Assembly: GCA_020025655.1 (NCBI GenBank)
Contig: JAHHRR010000001.1
Span: 4,951-68,950 of the forward strand
DNA from: Oscillospiraceae bacterium
Lineage (GTDB): Bacteria > Bacillota > Clostridia > Oscillospirales > Oscillospiraceae
Reading direction: 5' to 3'
Length of the DNA stretch: 64,000 bases
A program made the translations under genes and the position numbers. Below are positions 44,807-56,600 of this stretch, in pieces. The notes beneath the pieces were generated by a model. It made no database searches. It had not been told where the DNA came from and was given only the letters and a program-made list of their open reading frames with translations. The stretch's first letter is position 1; every line of letters begins with the position of its first letter.

Positions 44807-46396
44807 TCACTTAATCAAAAGGTATGCCGCTGAAAGACCGTTTTCATACAGCGGCTGATAGTTGTTAAAATCAGTAGTTTCAATAAGCTCCGGCAGCATT
44901 TCCTCCGGCACAAAGCCGCTGGACCAGAATACACTGCGGTCGATGTAAACTACACATTCATTGCTGTCTTTAAATTGTGCCAGATAATCATCCAGAGCAG
45001 TAGATTCAGGATCGGCAGCCATGAAAAAGCTGTCAAAGAAGAGAAGCTGCTGCAAGTCCTGAGTGATAGGCTCAAAGTGGTCATCAGTCATATAAATGCA
45101 GGGGGAGGAGCTGTGCTGTGCCGCCAGCTTATCGTATTCGGGATACTCAGGATAAAGATAAGAGGGAGGAATACAGCGGGCAAACCACAGCGCAAGCAGA
45201 AGAGCAAAGCCGATGCAGGCTTTTTTGATTACAAAACTGTGGCTGAAATCTCCGAGACTTTTTTCCAGCAGATATATTAAAAAGCTGACAGCTATAACGA
45301 ATACAGGTGCAATATTATAGATGTATCGAGGCTCCAGAACAGGGGAGATAATTGATACTACAATAAAGGAAATAAGAGCAGGGACAATTATAACAAGGCT
45401 GTCAAGAGTGAGAACTCCGTCCTTTCCTGCCTTCACGATCTTTTTAATGAATATCAGAAGCAGAACAAACAGCAACAGAGTCAGGCAGACAGCAGCTTTT
45501 AAGCCCTGACGCATCTGACCGACGAAAAAGACAAAGCGCTCTTTGTACTGATCCACTGCGCTTAAATTCTCAAGGGCATTTGCGCCGGAAACAAGCTTGC
45601 CGGAAAACAGATGATCCAGACAGGCGGGGAAGAAAACAAGCAGGCAGCCCACGCCCAAAAGCGCACTCACCGAGAAAATAACGGCGGGTTTATACTGCTT
45701 TCTGATTAAAGCATATATGAGATATGCGAGGCAAATAAAGAAAGCATAGAATACAAAGTAATACTGCGTCATAAGACCCAGAAAAATATTAAGCCCGATA
45801 AGGGGGTAGAGATAATTCCGGGGCTTTTCCATAAGGCAGGCGATAAGATAAGCAAGGGTAAGCGTAAGCAGCGTAAGAAGCACATACATTCTTATCATAA
45901 GCATAGTGCTTAATCCAAGATTGCTCAGACCGTAAAGGGCAACGGCAATAACTGCGTTATCACGGCTGCCGAAAAGCTTGAATACCAGCTTATAAAGCAC
46001 TATGAGTGCCAGCATGAAAATGATGAAATCAAGGATAAGGCCTGTCCATTTTGAAAATGCATCAGGTGTAAAAGAAGAAGCTATATTAAAGAGCCAGTAG
46101 TAAAGGGGAGGGTGGACGTCGTTCACCTGATTATAGTAAACGGAGCCAAAATCAAAGCCCTCGCCGGAATTTACAGTAACGTAATCCAGCAGATCCTGCC
46201 TGGTCATTGTCTTATCTGCAAGGCTGCCGCCTTTGACGTCATCAAGAAACGGCGCATAATGGCTGTTTGAAAGTCCATAGGTATAGATTTCATCTATGAA
46301 CATACCGGATTTCCGGCAGGAGAACATGAGACAGACCGAAGCGATTATTATGAACACTAATACGAGTGCTCCGTATTTCTTTAAACTCTGCTTCAT
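44807..46396 (-). CDS. GT-C fold glycosyltransferase (family 39/ArnT/PMT_2-like) polytopic membrane protein
   Basis: About 529 aa. It has an early FIDEIYTY-type loop, DVHPPLYYW, and more than 10 TM helices followed by a soluble C-terminal domain. The ATG at 46396 is preceded by GGAGGAATTTT; the track start at 46471 is rejected. Confidence 0.72.
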   Translation of the reverse strand: MKQSLKKYGALVLVFIIIASVCLMFSCRKSGMFIDEIYTYGLSNSHYAPFLDDVKGGSLADKTMTRQDLLDYVTVNSGEGFDFGSVYYNQVNDVHPPLYYWLFNIASSFTPDAFSKWTGLILDFIIFMLALIVLYKLVFKLFGSRDNAVIAVALYGLSNLGLSTMLMIRMYVLLTLLTLTLAYLIACLMEKPRNYLYPLIGLNIFLGLMTQYYFVFYAFFICLAYLIYALIRKQYKPAVIFSVSALLGVGCLLVFFPACLDHLFSGKLVSGANALENLSAVDQYKERFVFFVGQMRQGLKAAVCLTLLLFVLLLIFIKKIVKAGKDGVLTLDSLVIIVPALISFIVVSIISPVLEPRYIYNIAPVFVIAVSFLIYLLEKSLGDFSHSFVIKKACIGFALLLALWFARCIPPSYLYPEYPEYDKLAAQHSSSPCIYMTDDHFEPITQDLQQLLFFDSFFMAADPESTALDDYLAQFKDSNECVVYIDRSVFWSSGFVPEEMLPELIETTDFNNYQPLYENGLSAAYLLIK

Positions 46397-46611
46397 AAAA
46401 TTCCTCCGACAAAAAATTCTCATTAAAACAGTATACGCCCAAACGCCGACAATCGCAACACTTTTCATCATTCACGACAGTATAAAGCGACAAAAAAGTA
46501 TCTGGAAAATTGTACCGGCATATTTAAAATGCTATTGATTCTGTACTATAAATGCTCAGCGCCATTTGGCACTGAGCATTTTAAAGTTAAGCGGAATTTA
46601 TCAGGCAGTAT

Positions 46612-46647
46612 GCAAATAAAAGACGGAGAGGCATATCCTCTCCGTCT
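46612..46647 (-). terminator. Rho-independent terminator after the small acidic protein gene
   Basis: On the minus strand: AGACGGAGAGG-ATATG-CCTCTCCGTCT followed by TTTTATTT. Confidence 0.85.
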
Positions 46648-46653
46648 GATATT

Positions 46654-47076
46654 TTATTCCTCGGGATTGTTTTCGCTTTCCTCGACGATGTCTTCAAAAT
46701 TGCAGATTTCAACTTCTATATCATCGTCGTCATATTCTGCCTGAAACTCGGATTTCATGGACTTGATTTCATCATCCATATCTCTGAGCTTTTCCTTAAT
46801 TTCATCTGCCTGAGCAAAAAGGGAAGCATAATAAGGTTCGGGGGCATCATCCTTGTGATCTTCATAATAAAGACGGCCGATCTCAGTATAAACGCGCTTG
46901 AGCTCCTCGGCTTCGCCATTCATTTCAAGAGTAAGCTTTGCGATGCGGCCGCAGGATTTTGCTTTATCGACGCCCTTGTCATAAATGTTGCGGACGGTAC
47001 CGCTTTCGGCAACGTCTTTTACTTTGCCAACGATGTTGCTGATGGTGCCATGTATAATATCTTTATAATCTGCCAT
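46654..47076 (-). CDS. Small acidic coiled-coil protein of unknown function
   Basis: 140 aa with a strongly acidic C-terminus (EYDDDDIEVEICNFEDIVEESENNPEE). It starts 2 nt after the lgt stop, so it is probably co-transcribed with lgt. Confidence 0.6.
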   Translation of the reverse strand: MADYKDIIHGTISNIVGKVKDVAESGTVRNIYDKGVDKAKSCGRIAKLTLEMNGEAEELKRVYTEIGRLYYEDHKDDAPEPYYASLFAQADEIKEKLRDMDDEIKSMKSEFQAEYDDDDIEVEICNFEDIVEESENNPEE

Positions 47077-47078
47077 GT

Positions 47079-47999
47079 TTATTCCTCCTTGGCATTATTT
47101 ACTTCAGCTTCGCCCTGCATATCGCTTTGAGCCTGAGCCTTTACCCTGTTGACAAAAAGATCTTCGGGCTTATGCGGTCTGCGGCTTTGGATAATGAGCA
47201 CTGTCAATGCTGCAAGTGCAAGTATTACGGAAAGAAGCTGAGATACACGAATATTGCTGCTGCCTATGTAAAGGCTGTCGGTACGAAGTCCCTCAATCCA
47301 TGCTCTTCCGATACCGTACCAGAAGAAATAGATAAGCAGGCACTGACCGTCGTATTTTCTTTTGCCCTTGCGGTCAAAGATAATGAGGAAAATAAGACCT
47401 GCCAGATTCCAGAGGCTTTCGTATAAAAATGTAGGATGCACAAAAATTGTGGTGCCGTCGGGAGCGGTAAGCCCCATACGGCAGAAAACTGTGGTTTCGG
47501 CACCGAAGGCTTCACGGTTCATGAAGTTTCCCCAGCGGCCGAGAATCTGACCTATTAAAAGACCGTAGACCAGAATGTCGAGCATTGCAGAGAGGGGAAT
47601 CTTCTTTTTTCTGCATATGATAAATGCAATGATTATTCCGGCAATTACTCCGCCGTAGATTGCAAGACCGCCTTCCCAGATGGCGAAAATCTCAGACGGA
47701 TGCTCAATGTAATGAGGCAGACGGAACAGAACGTAATAAAGTCTTGCACCGATTATGGAGCAGGGAACAGTCCACAGCATAAAGTCGTAAATATCATCAG
47801 ACGTTATACCGAAGCGCTTTGCGTTGCGGGCGCAGTAGACTGTACCCAGAATAAAACCTAAAGCAATGATTACTCCGTAAAAGTAGATGTTCTTTCCGAA
47901 TACCGTGAAATATGCGGGGGGATTTATTGAAAAATCCCCGAACATGGGAAAGCTTATAACGGAATCACGCTGAATGGTTTCAAATAAAACAGGAAACAT
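47079..47999 (-). CDS. lgt: Prolipoprotein diacylglyceryl transferase
   Basis: 306 aa with IWEGGLAIYGGVIAG and LGRWGNFMNREAFG motifs. Confidence 0.93.
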   Translation of the reverse strand: MFPVLFETIQRDSVISFPMFGDFSINPPAYFTVFGKNIYFYGVIIALGFILGTVYCARNAKRFGITSDDIYDFMLWTVPCSIIGARLYYVLFRLPHYIEHPSEIFAIWEGGLAIYGGVIAGIIIAFIICRKKKIPLSAMLDILVYGLLIGQILGRWGNFMNREAFGAETTVFCRMGLTAPDGTTIFVHPTFLYESLWNLAGLIFLIIFDRKGKRKYDGQCLLIYFFWYGIGRAWIEGLRTDSLYIGSSNIRVSQLLSVILALAALTVLIIQSRRPHKPEDLFVNRVKAQAQSDMQGEAEVNNAKEE

Positions 48000-48000
48000 A

Positions 48001-49284
48001 TTATGACCTCTTTGCTTTAATTATGGAAACAGCAAGTCTTTCAGGACTGAAATGTTCTTTTATAAAGGCTTCGCATTCCTCTTTTGTAATTTCTGCCAGC
48101 ATTTCAGTTGCGTCAAAAACGCAGTAGCCATCAAACAGACAGAAGATAAGTGCTACGCATACGTTTTCAAAATCCTCAAGACCACGCAGTCTTGCACCCA
48201 GAGATGCTCTCTTGGCACGCTCAAAGCGGTCGCTGTCAAGACCTTCACGGGCAATCCTTGCAACCTCCTGATTTAAAGCTTCCAGAACCTTGTCAGGATC
48301 AGAACTTTCACCGCCGAGAAGCAGAGCGCCTGTTCCGGCAGTTACATTGCATTCATAGTCAAAATTGCGGCTTAAAAGACCCTTTGAATACAAATCCAGA
48401 TAAAGGGGAGATGAGTAGCCTGCCAGAAGTCTGAGCGCAAGCTTTGCAACCAGACTCTGCCGCAGGGCCTTCTCGCCCTTTTCTGCGGGCTTCATCTTTG
48501 CGCCTATCATAAACTGAGGTGCGGAAACCTCCATATTTTCCACAATAAGCTTCTGAGCGGGGAGCATATTATCATCCTCGGGGAAGCTTGCTTCGGGAAT
48601 GGCGTGGAGCTGAGGTGAAAGAACCTCTTTGGCCACGGCAAGAACCATATCGGGGTCAACGTCACCCTCAACGGCAAGAATCATGTTGGAAGGACGGTAG
48701 AACATATTGTAGCAGTCGTAGAGTGTTTTGTCGGTGATGTGAGAAATACTTTCCACAGTGCCTGCAATTCTGTCCTTAACAGGGTGATTGGGATAGAGAA
48801 GCTTGTACAGATTATAGTAGATAGCTTCACCGGGGCTGTCCAGGCCCATTCCGATTTCCTGACCGATTATACCCTGCTCCTTGCTGACGGTGTCGGCAGT
48901 GAAATAAGGGGTGGAAACAAACTTCAAAAGCAGACGCAGGTTTTCCTCAAAGCTGTGGGTACACTGAAAATAATAACAGGTAACATCTTCAGAGGTGAAG
49001 GCGTTGGGATCTGCGCCGTTGGCATTTAAAATGTTGAGTGCGCTGTCACCGTCCGGCATATCGAACATCTTGTGCTCAAGAAAGTGGGCAATTCCGGCGG
49101 GAGTTTCCATATCCCGACCTTCAAAGTTGAAATTGCGGTGGCATCCGCCGTAATTTACCGCAAAAGCGGCAAAGCAGGTGGAAAAACCGGGCTTGGGGAC
49201 TACACGCACACGCAGACCGTTGGGCAAAGTTGCCTCATAAAGGGTCTCACCTATATTCGGGTATTCACGGCTCTGCATTTTCAT
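48001..49284 (-). CDS. M16 family (pitrilysin/insulinase-like) zinc peptidase, catalytic subunit
   Basis: It has the HxxEH motif in GIAHFLEHKMF. The ATG at 49284 (MKMQSREY) has GGAGGA 6 nt upstream; the track GTG at 49299 is less likely. Confidence 0.85.
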   Translation of the reverse strand: MKMQSREYPNIGETLYEATLPNGLRVRVVPKPGFSTCFAAFAVNYGGCHRNFNFEGRDMETPAGIAHFLEHKMFDMPDGDSALNILNANGADPNAFTSEDVTCYYFQCTHSFEENLRLLLKFVSTPYFTADTVSKEQGIIGQEIGMGLDSPGEAIYYNLYKLLYPNHPVKDRIAGTVESISHITDKTLYDCYNMFYRPSNMILAVEGDVDPDMVLAVAKEVLSPQLHAIPEASFPEDDNMLPAQKLIVENMEVSAPQFMIGAKMKPAEKGEKALRQSLVAKLALRLLAGYSSPLYLDLYSKGLLSRNFDYECNVTAGTGALLLGGESSDPDKVLEALNQEVARIAREGLDSDRFERAKRASLGARLRGLEDFENVCVALIFCLFDGYCVFDATEMLAEITKEECEAFIKEHFSPERLAVSIIKAKRS

Positions 49285-50566
49285 TGTCTTCCTCCTCACC
49301 CTTCAGGAAATAAATCATATCGCATTCGATGCTGTTTGCAATCTCGATAACCTGCTCTTTTGTGACCTCTTCAATAAGCCCTGCAAAATCAGCAGGGCTG
49401 TAATCCTCGCCGTTTAAAGCTCTTGAGAGATAGAAGCCTTCAAGCTCGCCCTGAGAGTCCATAAGCGATCTCAGGTCGGAAGCTACACCGGCTTTTGCGG
49501 CGTTAAGCTCATCGTCTGTGATTTCGCCTCTCTTAACAGCGTCAAGCTGAGCGAGTATCTCATCCCTTGCTTTGCAGAAGTTGGGGAATTCAATACCGGA
49601 AGCCACAAGCATTATGCCTTTTTGAATGTTTACGGCAGAGCTTGCATAATAGCAGAGAGAAAGCTTCTCACGCACGTTCATAAAGAGCTTTGAAGTAGAA
49701 CCGGAGCCGTAAACAGCATTGAATACAAAAATAGCTGCGGCATCAGGCTCTTCCATGCATTCACCAAGGCGGAAGCCCATGACAAGCTTACCCTGAGATA
49801 CATCAAGCTCCTCCTCCACATATCTGGGCTTTTCCTCGACTGCGTTCATTCGCACATCTGTGCCTATATCGTAGTCGATATCAGCTCTCGGCAGAGGCAT
49901 AAGCGCATCGGTGAAAGCTGATACCACTTCTCTGCGGCTCTTGCGTCCGCAGTAGAAAATCTCAACCGGGCAGCTTTGGAGCATATCGTGATAGTGACGG
50001 GTTAGCTTTTTATAGTGAATGTTTTCGCACTCGGATTCACTTCCCATAGCGCTGACGGCAAAGTCCTCAAAGCAGCACATTTCTTCAACACAGCGGAAAG
50101 TGGAATAAGCCTCTTTGCTGTTTATGCGCCCACGAAGCAGCTGGAGCATTTTTTCCTTCTCACTGTCTACATACTGGGGAAGGAAAAGACCGCCTCTTGT
50201 GGCAGGAGCAATGAGCATTTCAGCCATTAACGCACAGGTCTGCCTCAGAATATCCTGCTTGCCGGGGAGAAAATCCTCCTCGGGAATACTGGAGTAAAAA
50301 CCAAAGCACTGAATTTCACCTACCCGGCGTACCACCGGCTCTATGGCCGCACCGTAAAGCTCATCCAGCTTTGCGGATATGGCTTCCATATCCCCGTACT
50401 GCACAGTACCACGGCGCAGTACATAAGGAATAAGAGCGTTCATTGAAGCGGTGTCCCTTTTAAGCTGAGCCAGCATATTCAAACTCATGCACGCGGTTTT
50501 AAATTTATCCGAATGTAAATGAGTCAGCCACACGCCGGGCATTATTTCTGTCCTTGTATATTCCAT
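49265..50566 (-). CDS. M16 family peptidase-like protein lacking the HxxEH motif (non-catalytic partner)
   Basis: 433 aa with M16-like length and pairing. I found no HxxEH motif. It overlaps the downstream M16 gene. Confidence 0.78.
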   Translation of the reverse strand: MEYTRTEIMPGVWLTHLHSDKFKTACMSLNMLAQLKRDTASMNALIPYVLRRGTVQYGDMEAISAKLDELYGAAIEPVVRRVGEIQCFGFYSSIPEEDFLPGKQDILRQTCALMAEMLIAPATRGGLFLPQYVDSEKEKMLQLLRGRINSKEAYSTFRCVEEMCCFEDFAVSAMGSESECENIHYKKLTRHYHDMLQSCPVEIFYCGRKSRREVVSAFTDALMPLPRADIDYDIGTDVRMNAVEEKPRYVEEELDVSQGKLVMGFRLGECMEEPDAAAIFVFNAVYGSGSTSKLFMNVREKLSLCYYASSAVNIQKGIMLVASGIEFPNFCKARDEILAQLDAVKRGEITDDELNAAKAGVASDLRSLMDSQGELEGFYLSRALNGEDYSPADFAGLIEEVTKEQVIEIANSIECDMIYFLKGEEEDNENAEP

Positions 50567-50643
50567 AGGGCACCTCCGTTTTTTAATATCTAATTATAAC
50601 ACTAAGTCGGGTAAATTGGTAGCTTTATTTCATTAACCAGATG

Positions 50644-53600
50644 TTAAGAAAAGGGGTAGTTTATATGCTGAGTTTTGCCGTCTGAATCCCTGTAAGTGAC
50701 TTTAAAAGCCGGTCTTTCGATTCCGTCAGACGGAGGGAGAACAACGGAGTTTTGAAGCTTTATCCCCAGCATATCTTCAAGTGCAACGGTGTAATACCAT
50801 CCGGCAGAACCGGTATACCATGTCCAGCCTGCTTCACCCTCATGACCGGGAGCGGAATAGACGTCGGCAGCAAGAACATAAGGCTCGGCTTCGTATACAC
50901 TGAGGTCGTGATTTTCAGGCAGAAGCATCAGGAGAATTTCACGTCCCTCTTTTGCCATGCCGCATTTGAAGCAGGCTGATGCGAGCCATACGGCGGCGTG
51001 GGTGTACTGACCGCCGTTTTCACGGAAGCCCTCGCCGTAGGAGGATATATAGCCGACATCCCGCTCGTCGTGTCTGTAAGGAGGAGTAAAAAGCTTTACT
51101 GTTGAATGCTGAGTGTCCACAAGCTTTGAAAGGGCGTATTTAAGGGCAGTTTTGACTTTCTCCTTATCCGAAAAGGGGTTAAAGGCGGCCCAGCTCTGCG
51201 GCAGAGAATCTATGCGCTGCTCTCCGCCGAGAACACTGCCGTCGGCATGAAATCCACGGTAGTAGAAGCTGCCGTTAAAGCAGCTGTCAGCGGCTTTTCC
51301 CAGCTTTTCTGCCAGAGAATAGTAATTCTGAGCATCGTTTTCATGGAGCCTTTTTAAAAGCTCCGAGAATTTGAAAGCACATATCGAATAGAACCAGCCT
51401 AACCATACACTCTCTCCGTCAACTTTATTTAAACCGTCATTCCAGTCTCCGCTGCCGAAGAAAGGCAGCCCGTGGGGGCCAAGGCCTCTGCGTTCACAGC
51501 AGCCCAGTGCGGCACGGATATGATTTAAAACTGTGTCGGATTTATCGGAAACGGCGGGTACTTCATAGCGTTCTCCTTCGTCAGCACCAAGCACAGGAGA
51601 ATTAAGAAACGGAAGCTCTGATTTGCATATTGAAAGATCGCCTGTCTTTTTGCAGTATTCACATACTGCCCATACAAGCCACAGCAGATCATCAGAGCAT
51701 CGGCTTCGGATGCCTTTATCTCCGTCGGGGTGTACGTGCCACCAGTGCATAACATCTCCCTCAAGATACTGATGACGGCAGCAGTCGAGAATTCTCTGCT
51801 TTGCAATATCCGGATCTATATAGAGCATATTTACTGCATCCTGAAGCTGGTCACGGAAGCCGAATGCACCGCCGGACTGGTACACACTTGCCCGTGCCAT
51901 TATGCGGCAGGCGATTGTCTGATAAGGCCCCCAGATATTGAGGTAATTATCAAGCTCTTCTATGCCGGTGGAGACTTTGAGCCGGCCTAAAAGGCTGCTC
52001 CAGTGCTGAGTGCATTTATTCAGCTCCGCAAGTGCGTTTTGCGGTACGGCAAGGCTTCTGAGCTTGTCGGCAGAGCATACACCGCAGACAAGAACTGTTA
52101 TCTTTTCGGCTGCCAGACTCATTTCCATAGCCTGCGGTCTGAAATCGGTTTTGCATGAGCAGAAGCTGCTGGTTGCGGCGGAGAATTTGAGATTCTTAAT
52201 ATAGCTCTCCTTGTTTTGCGCCTCAAAAATGCCGTTTTCAAATTTACAGCTTAGAGAGCAGGCATCCTGACCCAGAACAGGCTTGAGCTTCCATGTCAGA
52301 TTCAATCCCTCTGCGCCTTCTATTATATATATCCTTACATTTTCCTCCACGGGAACAAAAGCGGTCAGATGGATGCTGCGGCCCTTGAAAATTTTATCCC
52401 AGCGTGCAACTCCGGCGGAGAAGCTTACTGCACAGGGAATGTTATCGTTGGCTGCAAACAGGCTGAATGAAGAGCCGTTATATTCAGCTGTTAATGATTC
52501 TGAGCCGGTTGTTGCTGCGGCGGATTCCGGAGCTGCGGTTATCCGCATTTCCCGTGCGTTTTTATACCACATTGAGCCTGCACCGCAATCTGAAATTATG
52601 CAGCCGAAATCGTCGTTGCAAAGAATCTGCTGCCACATCTTTCCGGGCAGAGTGTTTTTTACGGCAAAGCGGAAGCTTTCATTTTCAAACATATACTGAG
52701 GTACAGTATATCGGGCTCTTGGCAGACCAGATGCGGCAATTCTGAGCTCGGGCTTAAAAAGCCGCTGTTTACCTATTATGCAGGCAGCTCTGCTTTCAAC
52801 CGCATCGGCGGCTTCTTTCGGGACAAAGTGTATTCCGGCTCTTGCTCCTAAAAGGCTTTCAAGCCCGTGCAGTGTTAAAAATTCAAGAATACGTCTGTGC
52901 ATAGGACGGTGATATTCTCCGCCCTCAGAGCTGAGATAAACCAGCTCGCATTCTATTCCGCAGCTTTTTAAAAGACAGAAGCGGCTGAGCACAGACATGG
53001 CTTCTGAGGATTGTGCGTCGCAGTAAATTATGGGATAGTCGCCGGAAATGCCGTATTTCCACAGCTCGGATTTTGCGGCTGCATTAGAAATCGGGGAGAG
53101 CAGAGAAGGGAGCATAGCCATACTGCGCCCGTATTCGGCACTGTCCATGCCGAGCCTTGCGGCGGATGCTCCGGGCATGATTCCCCGCTCGGCACCGCTC
53201 AGAATTTCATCAGAGGCGTTCAGAACCTCATCCGGGCTGAAACCTGAGCAGACAGCAAATTTAACAGCTGTTTTAACACCTGCTTTAAGGCTTACTGCTG
53301 CGCAGAGAAGAACATCAGGCTCGGAAAGATAGGGGTTAAACTGCCTGTTTTCGGTAGAAATGCTTACAGGAACATTGCAGGAGGCACAAAGCCAGATGTC
53401 TTTAAGCGATGACCTTCTGAGCCGGTGAAGAACAAGCTTTCCGTCACGGATTTCGGAGGCTATTCCCAGCTTCCAGAAAGCGGGATGATTTTCATAATCC
53501 TTATATGGGGCAAGTATGGGTTTGAAGTTCAGGCAGATTTTAAGCTCCCTGTCTCTTTCGGATAAAAGCTCTATCTGGCGCAGCTCACCGGGCTGAGTTC

Positions 53601-56600
53601 CTGACACAATGGTGCTGTATTCTATCTTTAAATCGGGGTTTTCAGATTTAAAGCTGCATATATCCTCTGCCAGATGCCATGAATCGGCGGTAAAGCTTTT
53701 TGAGTCACCATCTACAATCTTTAACGCCATACCTTTAACACGGGGAAGGCGGCTGCTGCCATAGATGCTTATATCTCCCCAGCAGGCAGAGCTTGTTCCG
53801 TCCGAACCGATGAGCATATTATAAATTCCGTTTGAAAGCAGCGTAAACTGCTTGGAGCTTCCTTTTTTGCCTTCCGCATTCCAGAAACTCTCAATTCCGT
53901 GGCGGGATTCGGCGGGAGGAGATATAACCGAACGGTTAATCACAAGACCGTCCGCAGGAAGCTTTTCCTGAAGAAACGGCTGCATTGCGCCCATAGCTGC
54001 ATCGGACATGAAATATTTCTGCATATCGCCGTCACAGAGAAGATTTGCACATGAGGTTATGCTCATGCCTATATGATGGGCCATGTAGCACTGAACTTTT
54101 TCTCCGTGCTCATGGCGGCAGCGTCCGGGGGTGAAATCCAGAGCCTCCATGAAGCCATAACGTCCGGATGCACCGAAATTTTTGAGCTTTCTGAGGTTCT
54201 TTACAGCGGCCTCCGGCTCGTAAGGCAGCGCCAGAAAACTGCTGTAAGGGGAAATTACCCAATCTTTTTCCTGACCCCGCTTCAATGAAAGCTCGGGGCA
54301 GCCGTTTGCCTTGTATCGGTAGTTTAAAAGATTATCCAGCGAATAAAAAGCACTCTCGGATATTCCCCACGGTCTGGCGGGGAGCTTACGGCGCTTCTGA
54401 ACATACAGGCAGAAACGGGAGCTTTCGTAAAGCAGACTGCCACGAAGATAGGGAAGAAAGATACCGGGCATAAGATACTCAAACATTGTTCCCGACCAGC
54501 TGGCAAGGCCACGGTATCCGTCCTTCTGAAGCTGAGCCCTGCTTAAATACCGCCAGTGTTTAAACGGAACATCGCCTTTTGCTGCGGCAATATAGCTCGT
54601 CAGAAGAGCTTCACTTGCCATCAGGTCGTACCAGCCGCCTGCGCCATGGTGCTTGCCGGTATCGTAGCAGATATAGAACAGACAGCGGTGAGAATCAAAC
54701 AAGGGAGAAAAGTCCATGGCATCCATAAGAGCCTTTAATCTTATAGCAAGACCGCTTTCACCGAAGGCCAGAAGCGCCTGACGGCAGCATACAAGGCAGG
54801 CATAGAAATTTCCGCTGTCAACGGTAGAAATATAAGGAGGATTCAGAACCTCAAGACTGTGAGTGTCATACCAGTTATAAAGCTGACCGAAGCATTTGGG
54901 GAGCTTTTCGAGTGTATCGGTTATGCGGCTTATATAAAGTGCGGCTTCTTTTGGGCTTATTATCTCCATATCGGCTGCTGCAATGGCAGAACACATGGCA
55001 AGACCTATATTTGTAGGTGAGGTTCTGTGAGCGACACCTACTGGAGGCTGCTCCTGAAAATTGTCGGGAGGGAGAAAGTTATCATATGCGGTGGAAAATG
55101 TTGTGAAATATTTATAGTTTTCTTTTGCAGCCTGCAAGATGAATTCTCTGTCCACTGAGGGAAGATAAGAATCTTTGTGCGCAGGCAGGGCAAGGGCATA
55201 TGCACACAGCGGAGACACAAGCCACAAAAGTCCTGCGGATTTTCCGATTATTACAGGAGAGAAGCAAAGCAGTACAAGCCCCAGAATAAGCGGAAACCAC
55301 ATAGCTTTTATATATCCACCGATGCTGCGGCTGTCTTTTTCGCTTTGAGCAGCGGTCTGCCACTGCAAAAGCCGCTTATGGCTTATTAGCATACGCCATA
55401 AAGACAGTAAAACTGCACTCAGACAGATATAAGCCTCATATGGCAGAAGCCACAGCCGCATAAAACTGTTGACAATGGCACCGCCTACGCCGCTGAGCAG
55501 TCTTGTATATCGTCTGAGCCTGAACTTTTCCCTCTGCCGCAGACTTCCCTCGGCAAGAGAAATGAAAAGACGGCTTAAAAGAGCGAGGACTGCGGCCCAT
55601 GCCGAGATGAGAAGTACGTTTTCCGGCATGAAGAAGCCTGCAACAATAGCCGCCAGTGTAAACGGAGCCAGAAGGCTGCGGCGAATACTGTCAAACAGCC
55701 TGAAACGCTCGATCCCCGGAAGCTCGGAATGGAAAATCCAGGAAATGTTCTGCATATCACCCCTTGTCCAGCGATGCTGCCTTTTATAATAGGAAAGGGG
55801 GCTTGATGGAAAAGCATCCGAAAATTCTATATCTCCTGCAAAGGCGGCTCTTAAATAAGCACCCTCCAGAGCATCGTGAGAGAGAATTCTGTTTTCGGGC
55901 AATCTGTCTGCCAGACAGGTATTCAAAGCATTGACATCAATAATACCTTTTCCTGCAAAGCCGCCGCTTGAGAACATATCCATATAAAGCTCACCGCAAA
56001 GACCACCGTACGGGTCACTGCCGCCTGCACCTGCAAAAATCAGCGAAAAGTCAGTTGCGTTTGCGCTCATAAGCTCGGTGGAGATTCGGGGCTGAATAAT
56101 TGCATGGCCTTTTGTGACAACGCCCTTTTTCCTGTCTATAACAGCCCTGTTGAGCGGGTGAAGCATAGCGGAAATAAGCGATTCAACGGAACCGGGGTAG
56201 ACCTTCGTGTCACTATCCAGTGTGATGATGTAATTTATGCCGTGGAGGGCATCTTTTTCGCCGCATACGCCGAGTGTGCTTCTTTTATCAAGCAGCATGG
56301 AGACAAGCTCCATAATTGCGCCTCGTTTTCGCTCATGGCCTGAATAGCTTTCGCCGTTATAGACACGCTTTCTTGTGAAAAGATAAAATTTTGCGCCGTA
56401 TTTCCTGTTAAGCTCGTTTATTACGGATGACGCCGCATTTAATATATCTTTATCTTCAGGCATATCGGAATGTTCGGATTCTTTTAAATCCGCAAGCAGT
56501 CCGAAATAAATTCCGTCTCTGCTGCGGCAGCTGTGGTATAGCTCTTCAAGACGTCTGCAAAGCTTTTCGGCAGATTCCGGACTGCTTAAAATTGCGGAAA

